NCBI GenBank assembly: GCA_036679605.1
Contig: JAZDCZ010000038.1
Location: forward strand, 1 to 52,330
DNA: 52,330 nucleotides
Direction: 5' to 3'
Origin: Gemmatimonadota bacterium
GTDB taxonomy: Bacteria; Gemmatimonadota; Gemmatimonadetes; Gemmatimonadales; GWC2-71-9
The notes under the pieces are model-generated. The model did no database searches and had not been told where the DNA came from. It saw only the letters and a program-made list of their open reading frames with translations. Below, piece by piece: positions 10,712 to 18,730 of the stretch. How positions within the stretch are numbered: the stretch's first letter is position 1; the number at the start of each line of letters is the position of its first letter. A program made the translations under genes and the position numbers.

Positions 10712-13377
10712 TTCTCCACCTTCGCCTTCAACTCCTCAAACAAGTTCTCGACCACGATCAACTCGACTGCTTCCTCTGCACCGAGATTCCGTATCATCAC
10801 GAACCGCTGATCGTCCGGCGTCACATCGTATTGTTGATGATTGCGGTTCGCGCGAAACCCTTGGGTAGAGAACAGCACTCGGCGTTCGCCGGTCACAAAG
10901 GTGGCTCCCGGCAAAACCTCCACCGACATCAGGCTCTGGCCTCCCCGGTAGAACAATTCCCGCCCGCTGTGCGCCCACACGGGCTCCTGCCCTCCATCGG
11001 TCGAGATCTGCCACTTCCCATCATTCGTGTTGGGAAACGGGCGCACGTACACCTCCCGCTGGCCCGACAAGTTCGAGACATAGGCCAGCCACCGCCCATC
11101 TGGAGACACCGCAGGGACGAACTCATCGAACTCCGTCGCCACCAACGGCACCGGCACACTGTCCACCCCGACGCGGACGGCGTACAGATCACGGCTCTCT
11201 GCGATCACCCAGTACACGAGCCATTCTCCATCGGGGGAGTACGTCACTTGCCAAATGGGCTGCTCCTCGTCCAGGAGCAAGTCGGCCTGACCCGTCCCGT
11301 CCGCCCGTCGCAGATAGAGGTCCTGATTGTCCCCGCGATTCGACGAGTAGGCCACCGACCGCCCATCGGGCGTCCACGCCGGCCGGAAATTCACCGTGCC
11401 CGTGAACGTGAGTTTCGGGAGCGGCCCCTGATCCAACTGTCTGATCCAAATCTGTTCCTCGTCGTTCGCTCGGATGCTCACTGCAAGTTGCTTTCCGTCA
11501 GGCGAGAGCTTCGGAAAACGGAAGTCCCCCGTCCATCCGGGGTTGATCTCCTCAGCCGTCCCGTCACGCGTCACCCACACCAACTCCGCAAGTCCACTTC
11601 CAACGCTCCCGGTCGTGTAGAACAGCGTCCCCGTCGCCGAGATGGCCAGGTCCATAATACCGGCAAACCCGACCCGCAGACCCTCCACTAGGGCCACCGC
11701 GTCACCTGTCACCGCCAGCGCGGTTTCATCAAACGGCACCACCATGAGCGTCCCGTCCGCCGTCACGTACAAGAGATGGCCTGACGCTGCATACCACGCC
11801 CGCACCCCTCGCACCAACACGGTGTGCGTGCCCGTCGCAAGGTCGGCCACGGCGATGTCCCACTCGGTAAGGTTCGCCAGCCCCCCACGCGCCACCGAGA
11901 ACACGACACCCCGGCCACCGGGGAGCGCCTCGGGCCAGATGTGTCCTTGTTCGCCCTGCGCGGTATCGATCATCGTCACCGCCTCCGGCGCACCGCCACT
12001 TTCCGCCACACGCGCCAGCCCGTTGCCTGGGAGTTCACTATCGAAGTACAGGTAGCCTTCCGACCCCCATGAGCCGCCCCAGAATCCAATACCGGAATCG
12101 GCGACGGTGATCGGGGGGCCGCCGCCGAGCGACGCCACCCGCCATGTGTCCTGAGCCCAAAACCCCACCCGCGATCCATCGGGTGAGAAGAACGGGTGGT
12201 TCGCTCCGTCCGTGCCCGGCAGCGGTGTGGCGTGGAGTTGATCCAAGTCGCGCACCCAAAGCCGGGAGTTCTGTTCACGCGCTCCCATATACACCAGTCG
12301 TGATCCGTCCGGCGAGACCGTCACCCGTGACCCAAAGCCCGTGAAAAGCGCCTCCTCCTCCGGTATCGCGACACTGTACCGCGAGACGGGCTTCGGTGGT
12401 TCCGGTTGGGGCCGCAGCCAACCCCACAGGCTCGTGATCGTCATCACAACCGCGACGACCGCGAGCGGAACGGCGAACCGTCGTTTCCAGTCACCACCCG
12501 CTGGCAAAATTGCGGTTGCCCCCGGCACTGTTGGCAGCGTGAACGCCGGGTTCGTCAATGCCTCGGCGAACTTTGCTGCACTCTCAAACCGATCCGCCGC
12601 CAACCTCTCCAACGACTTGGCGGTGGCGGCTGCGACATGGGGTGGCACTGACTTCCGCAACTCAGTGACCGGGCGTGCGTCATCGGTCACGATCTTCATG
12701 ATGATCGCCTGCGCTGACCCACCGACATGTGGCGGTTCGCCCGTCAACATCTCGTAGAGCACGCTGCCCAACGAGTAGATGTCCGACCGATGTGTGAGGT
12801 CTTTCTCCGCCGTCGCTTGTTCGGGTGACATGTAGTGCGGTGTGCCGAGGCTTAATCCGGTCTCCGTCATCCTCCCCCCCGCCGCCGCACTCACCGCTAA
12901 GGCAATACCGAAGTCGGCGACCATCGGACGGCCATTGTGGATCAGGATGTTCTCGGGCTTGATGTCGCGGTGGATCACGCCTTGGCCGTGAGCGTAGTCT
13001 AGCGCGCCCGCAATGTCGGTGGTGATGTCTACCGCTTCCTCGATACCGAGCTGTGTTTCCCGATTCAGCTTGTCGCGCAGCGTCTCGCCGTCGATGAACG
13101 GCATGACGTAATAAAGGAAAGAGTCAGCCTCGCCCGAGTCGAACAACGGCAGGATGTGCGGATGTTGGAGATTTGCGGTGGTCGTGATCTCCTGCACGAA
13201 ACGCTCGGCGCCCAAGACCGCCGCGAGTTCGGGTCGCAGAACCTTGACCGCCACCTTGCGCTTGTGCTTGAGATCCTCGGCGAGGTAGACGGTCGCCATG
13301 CCACCTTCGCCAAGATGGCGTTCGATCTTGTAGCGGTCGGCGAGGGCGGTCGAGAGCTTGGACGTGATCTCGGTCAT
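10708..13377 (-). CDS. Array copy K1 (first gene): intact Ser/Thr kinase-TM-TolB/PD40-like propeller (889 aa)
   Basis: ATG at 13377 (MTEITSKLS) aligns with the other copies' starts; same domain motifs. Confidence 0.92.
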   Translation of the reverse strand: MTEITSKLSTALADRYKIERHLGEGGMATVYLAEDLKHKRKVAVKVLRPELAAVLGAERFVQEITTTANLQHPHILPLFDSGEADSFLYYVMPFIDGETLRDKLNRETQLGIEEAVDITTDIAGALDYAHGQGVIHRDIKPENILIHNGRPMVADFGIALAVSAAAGGRMTETGLSLGTPHYMSPEQATAEKDLTHRSDIYSLGSVLYEMLTGEPPHVGGSAQAIIMKIVTDDARPVTELRKSVPPHVAAATAKSLERLAADRFESAAKFAEALTNPAFTLPTVPGATAILPAGGDWKRRFAVPLAVVAVVMTITSLWGWLRPQPEPPKPVSRYSVAIPEEEALFTGFGSRVTVSPDGSRLVYMGAREQNSRLWVRDLDQLHATPLPGTDGANHPFFSPDGSRVGFWAQDTWRVASLGGGPPITVADSGIGFWGGSWGSEGYLYFDSELPGNGLARVAESGGAPEAVTMIDTAQGEQGHIWPEALPGGRGVVFSVARGGLANLTEWDIAVADLATGTHTVLVRGVRAWYAASGHLLYVTADGTLMVVPFDETALAVTGDAVALVEGLRVGFAGIMDLAISATGTLFYTTGSVGSGLAELVWVTRDGTAEEINPGWTGDFRFPKLSPDGKQLAVSIRANDEEQIWIRQLDQGPLPKLTFTGTVNFRPAWTPDGRSVAYSSNRGDNQDLYLRRADGTGQADLLLDEEQPIWQVTYSPDGEWLVYWVIAESRDLYAVRVGVDSVPVPLVATEFDEFVPAVSPDGRWLAYVSNLSGQREVYVRPFPNTNDGKWQISTDGGQEPVWAHSGRELFYRGGQSLMSVEVLPGATFVTGERRVLFSTQGFRANRNHQQYDVTPDDQRFVMIRNLGAEEAVELIVVENLFEELKAKVEN

Positions 13378-13564
13378 GGGGCAATAAGATGCAGTGCCGA
13401 GGCTCAGGTGGCCAGCTATACCCCCGGAACGGTGCTTCCATTCCGAGAGGGACAATTACGTGGACAATCGGCCAAAACGGCCTGATCGTTAGGCCAGGCG
13501 AAAAATAGCCCTGACGACTTAAACGGTTTCGGGGCTACGCCTTACTTGCTACTTTCAAACCCCC

Positions 13565-13646
13565 GCGACCGTGGCGGAATTGGCATACGCGCAGGATTTA
13601 GGATCCTGTGGGGAAACTCATGAGGGTTCGAGTCCCTCCGGTCGCA
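13565..13646 (+). tRNA. tRNA-Leu(TAG)
   Basis: Acceptor stem GCGACCG/CGGTCGC plus discriminator A; D-loop GGAATTGGCATAC; anticodon arm CAGGA-TTTAGGA-TCCTG; long variable arm; T-arm GAGGG-TTCGAGT-CCCTC. CCA is not encoded. Position upstream of tig is typical. Confidence 0.95.
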
Positions 13647-13692
13647 TTAACAACCCTTTCACAAGCTGTGCAGGTTAAATTAACCCTGAACT

Positions 13693-14946
13693 ATGACGGA
13701 AATTCTCATTACAACGGCAAGCGAAGAGCCCGGCGCCCGGAACCTCAAGATAGAAGTTCCCGTTGAGCGGGTCGAGGCGGCCCAAACCAAAGCTGCCCGC
13801 TACTACGCCAAGAAGGTGAAGCTCCCCGGCTTCAGAAAGGGCAAGGTTCCGCTCGGCGTTATCCGCAAGAAGTTCCGCGATGCGATCCGCGAGACGGTAG
13901 TACGGGAACTGATAGGCGAGAGCTGGAAGGCGGCCATCGAAAAGGACGACTTCCAGCCCATAGCTGAACCGCGGGTATCAGACCTCAAGTTCGAAGACGG
14001 CAACCCCATGACGTTCGAGTTCGCGGTCGCCGTGAAGCCAGAGATGAACCTGGAGCGCCTAGGAGGGTTCGAACTCACTCGCAAGGTCCCGCGTGTGACT
14101 GACGAAACCATCGACGCCCAACTCGAGGAACTACGAAGGCAACGCGCCCCATGGGTACCGGTCGAGAGTGGCAATCCGAAGGACGGGGAACTTGCCTCGG
14201 TTACCATAACGCAGCTCGAAGACGCCGAGTCCGAGGACGGGCAGCAGTACCAACTGCTCCTAGGGCAAGGCCAAGCACTACCTGACATCGAAAACAAGTT
14301 GAAAACAATGGAGACTGGCCAGAGTGTCGAGACGACGGTCACATTCCCCGAAGATTTTAGTGATGAGTCGAAGCGTGGCCAGACTCGGCAGGTTCGAATA
14401 GAGCTTCATGAGATCAAACGCCAGGATCTGCCGGACCTTGACGATTCCTTCGCCGGTGAGATCGGCGATTACGACTCGATCGACGCCCTAAAGGTGGCGA
14501 TCCGAGAGGACATGGAAGCCGAGGCCGGACGCGAGGCCGACGCGGCGCTCCGCAGCCGTCTGCTCGAGGAAATAGTCGAGGCCAACTCAGTCGAAGCTCC
14601 GCGACCCATGGTACACCGCGTGTTGAGCGCGTTCGCCAAGGCCTATGAAGTGCCGGACGATCAGGTCGAAAAATTCACGTCAGAATTCACGCCCGTTGCT
14701 GAAGCCCAGGTAAAGCGAGACCTTATCATCAACCATGTTGCCGAGACAAACAAACTCAAGGCCACGGAAGAAGATGTCGATGATCGTATAGCAGAGATCG
14801 CAAAGAAACGAAAGGCCGAACCCGGCCAGGTATACGCCTCACTTCAAAAGGCGAACCGGCTGAACGAAATTGAGCAAAGCATCACCGAAGAAAAAGTGTT
14901 CGCGCACCTATTGGAGCAGTCAACTATCAACGAGGAAACGGACTAA
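13693..14946 (+). CDS. tig: Trigger factor
   Basis: LPGFRKGKVP ribosome-binding signature; lies before clpP-clpX. Confidence 0.95.
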   Translation: MTEILITTASEEPGARNLKIEVPVERVEAAQTKAARYYAKKVKLPGFRKGKVPLGVIRKKFRDAIRETVVRELIGESWKAAIEKDDFQPIAEPRVSDLKFEDGNPMTFEFAVAVKPEMNLERLGGFELTRKVPRVTDETIDAQLEELRRQRAPWVPVESGNPKDGELASVTITQLEDAESEDGQQYQLLLGQGQALPDIENKLKTMETGQSVETTVTFPEDFSDESKRGQTRQVRIELHEIKRQDLPDLDDSFAGEIGDYDSIDALKVAIREDMEAEAGREADAALRSRLLEEIVEANSVEAPRPMVHRVLSAFAKAYEVPDDQVEKFTSEFTPVAEAQVKRDLIINHVAETNKLKATEEDVDDRIAEIAKKRKAEPGQVYASLQKANRLNEIEQSITEEKVFAHLLEQSTINEETD

Positions 14947-14954
14947 ACTAGACC

Positions 14955-15566
14955 ATGGCCAGCATTTTCCCACCGTATGTTATAGAACGGTCCTCCCGCG
15001 GCGAGCGGAGCTACGACATCTTTTCTCGGCTGTTGATGGACCGCATAGTTTTCTTGGGTACGCCCATCAGTGACGACGTATCGAACATAATCATCGCTCA
15101 ACTTCTTTTCCTAGAGGCGGACAACCCCGAACGCGATATCTACATCTATATCAACTCACCAGGTGGTGTTATTTCTAGCGCGCTCGCGATCTATGATACG
15201 ATGCAGCATATCCAGGCCCCTGTTAATACAATCTGCATGGGAATGGCAGCCTCGGCTGGGTCTTTCCTGTTGGTCGCAGGCGAGAAGGGCAAGCGGGCCG
15301 CACTGCCGAATGCTCGAATCATGATGCACCAGCCTTCGGGCGGTGCTCAGGGAACTGCGGCCGACATCGAGATCGTGGCCAAGGAAATCCTCTATGCCCG
15401 CAACCGATTGAACGAGCTATACGCAAAGCACACCGGCCAGTCTATCGAGACGATAGCGCGAGACATGGATCGAGACACCTTCATGTCGGCCGAAGAGGCC
15501 AAGGAATACGGCATAATCGACAAGGTCATTCAACAGAGGAGTGAGCTGCAAGAAGAATCTGCTTGA
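14955..15566 (+). CDS. clpP: ATP-dependent Clp protease proteolytic subunit
   Basis: [26 protein letters not shown] (catalytic Ser), MMHQP (His). Confidence 0.97.
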   Translation: MASIFPPYVIERSSRGERSYDIFSRLLMDRIVFLGTPISDDVSNIIIAQLLFLEADNPERDIYIYINSPGGVISSALAIYDTMQHIQAPVNTICMGMAASAGSFLLVAGEKGKRAALPNARIMMHQPSGGAQGTAADIEIVAKEILYARNRLNELYAKHTGQSIETIARDMDRDTFMSAEEAKEYGIIDKVIQQRSELQEESA

Positions 15567-15615
15567 CGCCGAGACGGCCAGAACGCATACTAGGCGCCAA
15601 CTAGAGCATCATTTC

Positions 15616-16866
15616 ATGCCTCAAGACAAACACCTCCGTTGCTCGTTCTGCGGCAAGTCCAAGGACGCCGTCCGGAAATTCATCTCCGGTCCGTCGGTCT
15701 ATATCTGCAACGAATGCATCGCGCTGTGCAATGAGATCCTCGCTGAAGACGAGGAACGCGAGGTCGCGGAGGCGATTACGCATGTCCCAACACCATCTGA
15801 AATCAAAGAGGTGCTGGACGAATACGTCATCGGGCAAGAGAAAGCCAAGAAAACTCTCGCCGTCGCAGTCTACAGCCACTACAAACGCATAAATTCCCAC
15901 ACAACCGGTAGTAGCGAAGTTGAATTGGAGAAATCCAACATACTTCTGCTCGGCCCTACAGGCGTTGGAAAAACCCTGCTGGCTGAGACTCTGGCTCGAA
16001 TTCTCGACGTACCGTTCACGATCGCAGATGCCACGACTCTCACCGAGGCAGGCTACGTCGGCGAAGACGTCGAAAATATTCTCGTTAGGCTCTTGCAGGC
16101 GGGTGAATTCAACGTCAGCGAATGCGAACACGGAATAGTCTACATCGACGAACTCGACAAGGTCGCGCGCAAGAGCGAGAACCCAAGCATCACACGAGAC
16201 GTTTCAGGCGAGGGCGTACAACAGGCCCTGCTAAAGATCTTGGAGGGAACAATTGCGTCGGTACCCCCACAGGGGGGGCGCAAACATCCGCAACAAGAGT
16301 ACATACAGATTGACACGAAGAATATTCTCTTCTTATGCGGCGGCGCCTTTGACGGCTTGGAGAAAATTATCGAGGCCAGAACTGGAAGACGCCGTATCGG
16401 ATTCAGCAAGGAAGAGTTGGAGGCCGGCAAGGCCAAGGAGTTGCAGCAGAATCCTTACCATGATGTCGAGCCCGACGACTTGCTGCGGTACGGATTGATT
16501 CCCGAACTCGTGGGACGACTCCCCTTAACGGTTGCGCTTGAGACGCTGGACGACGCTGCTCTCGTACGAATTCTCCTTGAGCCAAAGAACGCGTTGACCA
16601 AACAGTACAAGAAGTTGTTTGACTTGGAGGATGTCGGCATCACGTTCGATCCGGAAGCACTTCGCGCCGTAGCAGAACGAGCGGTCAAGCGGGGTACCGG
16701 AGCGCGTGGTCTGCGGGCCATCCTCGAGGAAATAATGATCGATATCATGTTCGATATCCCAGACCGAGATGACGTCCGTGAGGTGGTGATAACGAAGGAA
16801 TGTGTAACGGAAGGGCGCCAGCCGATGTTGGTGACTGCACGCGCACGCACGAAGAAGAAAGCCTGA
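15616..16866 (+). CDS. clpX: ClpX ATPase
   Basis: CSFCGK...ICNECI zinc finger, [33 protein letters not shown] loop. ATG at 15616 chosen as start. Confidence 0.97.
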   Translation: MPQDKHLRCSFCGKSKDAVRKFISGPSVYICNECIALCNEILAEDEEREVAEAITHVPTPSEIKEVLDEYVIGQEKAKKTLAVAVYSHYKRINSHTTGSSEVELEKSNILLLGPTGVGKTLLAETLARILDVPFTIADATTLTEAGYVGEDVENILVRLLQAGEFNVSECEHGIVYIDELDKVARKSENPSITRDVSGEGVQQALLKILEGTIASVPPQGGRKHPQQEYIQIDTKNILFLCGGAFDGLEKIIEARTGRRRIGFSKEELEAGKAKELQQNPYHDVEPDDLLRYGLIPELVGRLPLTVALETLDDAALVRILLEPKNALTKQYKKLFDLEDVGITFDPEALRAVAERAVKRGTGARGLRAILEEIMIDIMFDIPDRDDVREVVITKECVTEGRQPMLVTARARTKKKA

Positions 16867-17435
16867 ACCCCACAACCTTTATCGGCAGTTTCCCAGCGGC
16901 CGATTTCGATGTTCCCCAGAAGCTACCCGAGATCGCATTCCTAGGTAGATCCAATGTTGGGAAATCTTCCTTAATCAACCGTCTGGTAAACCGCCGATCA
17001 CTGGCACACACCAGTAAGACCCCGGGTAAGACCCGTATGTGCAACGTGTACGATGCAAACGGACGATTTTACTTGGTTGACCTTCCGGGATACGGCTACG
17101 CAAGGGTGTCTAAGACATTGAAGCGGGGTTTCACCCTACTGCTACGCGACTATATCTCCAATAGATCGAGACTTGCCGGCATAGTGTGGTTGATGGATCT
17201 GCGTCGAGATCCGTCGTCGCTAGACCTTGAAATGGCAGACCTACTCGAGGCTCGGGGAGTCCCTGTGCTATTGGCGGCCACGAAAGCCGACAAGGTAGGC
17301 CGGGGATCCCACCGTGAGCGACAAGCGATCATCCTGGAGGCACTGGCCGCAACCGAGGATCAGTTGGTGCTGACTAGCTCCAAGACCTCGGAGGGTATCG
17401 ATACGTTGAGAGATTCGGTGAACGCGCTGGTTTAG
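16863..17435 (+). CDS. engB: Ribosome biogenesis GTPase YihA/YsxC
   Basis: [28 protein letters not shown]. Start is uncertain (CTG at 16863 or ATG at 16800). Confidence 0.92.
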   Translation: MNPTTFIGSFPAADFDVPQKLPEIAFLGRSNVGKSSLINRLVNRRSLAHTSKTPGKTRMCNVYDANGRFYLVDLPGYGYARVSKTLKRGFTLLLRDYISNRSRLAGIVWLMDLRRDPSSLDLEMADLLEARGVPVLLAATKADKVGRGSHRERQAIILEALAATEDQLVLTSSKTSEGIDTLRDSVNALV

Positions 17436-18361
17436 CGACCGGCGCTGGTCGTAACTGTACGATACGCGGCGACCTCCCTCAAGACCCAACGCTCCAAGGC
17501 TGCATGCGGTAGCAGCGGGGCGCCGGTGTATTCAATCGGCAGACCCGCCAGGTCGCGAGGTATCTTGTCGTTGTTGATGCCGCCCCGCGAAACCAAGACC
17601 GGCACAACGATCACGGGTTGGTTCGTAACACGGTGCTGTAACTCGATGATTTCCCTTATTCGACGCACTGCCTCCGCCCGCACCTCCTTCGGGGCGTCGT
17701 CTTGCAGCAAACCCACCCTTACGTCGGCAAAACCTACATCATACTTCACCCCACTCGCGATCAGGCGAAGGTTCTTCATCCACCGCGTGGCATCTTCGGC
17801 ATCGGACGGACCGTGCGCCACCAGGAAAAGGCCTTGTTCCCGAGGCGTAGCTGCGATCGCTCTTGCTCGCTCCGCCAGGGCTTCGGCAAGTTCCGGAGCG
17901 TCATCCAAAGCCGATGTCACACTCAATTCGATATCCAGTTCGGGCCGACTTTGTCCCATTGCCACCAAAGCATCTCGCTGTGGCACCGACAGCGAGTCGA
18001 TCACACCAGCCAGATATCTGATCTGCCGGGTGTGCGCGCCGTACGACGATACCATGAGGGGCACGACGACGATGCGACCGACACCGCCCTCGGCGAGGCG
18101 CGTCGCGGCCGCTTGAAAGGAAGACGTTTGACCCTCTTCCCCCATCAAGAATGCCACCTCGACCGGGTACGATAGAGCAAGGCGTTCCGCAAATTCGTGA
18201 ATGGCGGAATTCCAATCCTTACCGGCACCGTGGGCAACAAGTAACACTCCCAATTGCCCCTCGGAACGTGCTCCTGGGAAGATCGCACCGTCGACATGAG
18301 CTACCGGAAAAGCTAGAAAGACTAGCCCAACGCCAATAAATGTCCTAATTCCGAGCTTCAT
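17432..18361 (-). CDS. CbiX/SirB-family class II chelatase-like protein with predicted signal peptide
   Basis: Two LLVAHG/FLVAHG half-domains, VVVPLMVSSYGAH, VVPVLVS. Hydrophobic N-terminus MKLGIRTFIGVGLVFLAFPVA. Confidence 0.7.
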   Translation of the reverse strand: MKLGIRTFIGVGLVFLAFPVAHVDGAIFPGARSEGQLGVLLVAHGAGKDWNSAIHEFAERLALSYPVEVAFLMGEEGQTSSFQAAATRLAEGGVGRIVVVPLMVSSYGAHTRQIRYLAGVIDSLSVPQRDALVAMGQSRPELDIELSVTSALDDAPELAEALAERARAIAATPREQGLFLVAHGPSDAEDATRWMKNLRLIASGVKYDVGFADVRVGLLQDDAPKEVRAEAVRRIREIIELQHRVTNQPVIVVPVLVSRGGINNDKIPRDLAGLPIEYTGAPLLPHAALERWVLREVAAYRTVTTSAGR

Positions 18362-18634
18362 CCTCGTCCTTTGCAATAATTTTGTGCCAGTCGGTATTCA
18401 ATGAAACGCTGCCGCGGATTGTCTACTTGGACAGGGATTCACCTCTTGCGAGGCCCAGATCCGCATTCTTGACGATCATCCGTGGCGGGTCCATCCGACA
18501 CTATCAATAGTCGCCCCGCAGTCCCCTACTCCCCATCCCGGGGAGACAAGGCCACGTTTTTTCATTACCATATCACTTGGGGGAACACTGACCCTAAGCG
18601 AGCAAAATCCGGACCTGGACCAAGCTCCGGATAC

Positions 18635-18651
18635 ATGAGATCAATTCTCAA
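18635..18651. promoter_or_regulatory. Fur-box-like palindrome aTGAGAtcaatTCTCAa
   Basis: Imperfect 7-1-7 inverted repeat in the divergent intergenic region upstream of the chelatase-like gene. Confidence 0.3.
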
Positions 18652-18730
18652 CTAGTGTTTGAACCCGGGGCCGAATTTACGCACGGAGGATTTTCATGTC
18701 AACCATTGATACCCGGATCCAAAAAAGAGC

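Larger units (their letters stand above)
1..13377 (-). repeat. Tandem gene array, ~2.67 kb period, at least 6 units
   Basis: Equivalent starts at 13377, 10711, 8042, 5333, (deleted near 2676) and 48, with near-identical junction sequence. Confidence 0.95.

Noticed and set aside
120..10870. Diversity-generating retroelement as the cause of C-terminal variation in the array
   Set aside because: No reverse transcriptase or separate template repeat in the window. Differences involve all four bases and indels across the whole ectodomain, not only template adenines.
1..13377. CRISPR array or short-repeat element
   Set aside because: The repeats are whole 2.67-kb coding units with no repeat-spacer structure.
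29..13485. Recurring plus-strand and alternate-frame ORFs over the array, and N-terminal extensions of ORFs 2523-5636, 6123-8423 and 10708-13455
   Set aside because: Shadow ORFs of GC-rich repeated genes; true starts are fixed by alignment at (M)TEIT.
13378..13646. Array as a tRNA-integrated island or prophage
   Set aside because: The array lies on the 5' side of the tRNA; no integrase or duplicated tRNA 3' end is visible.
18377..18690. Cobalamin riboswitch upstream of the CbiX-like gene
   Set aside because: Could not find the conserved GGGAA, GCCCCCGC/ACTG and B12-box elements in the correct order on the minus strand.
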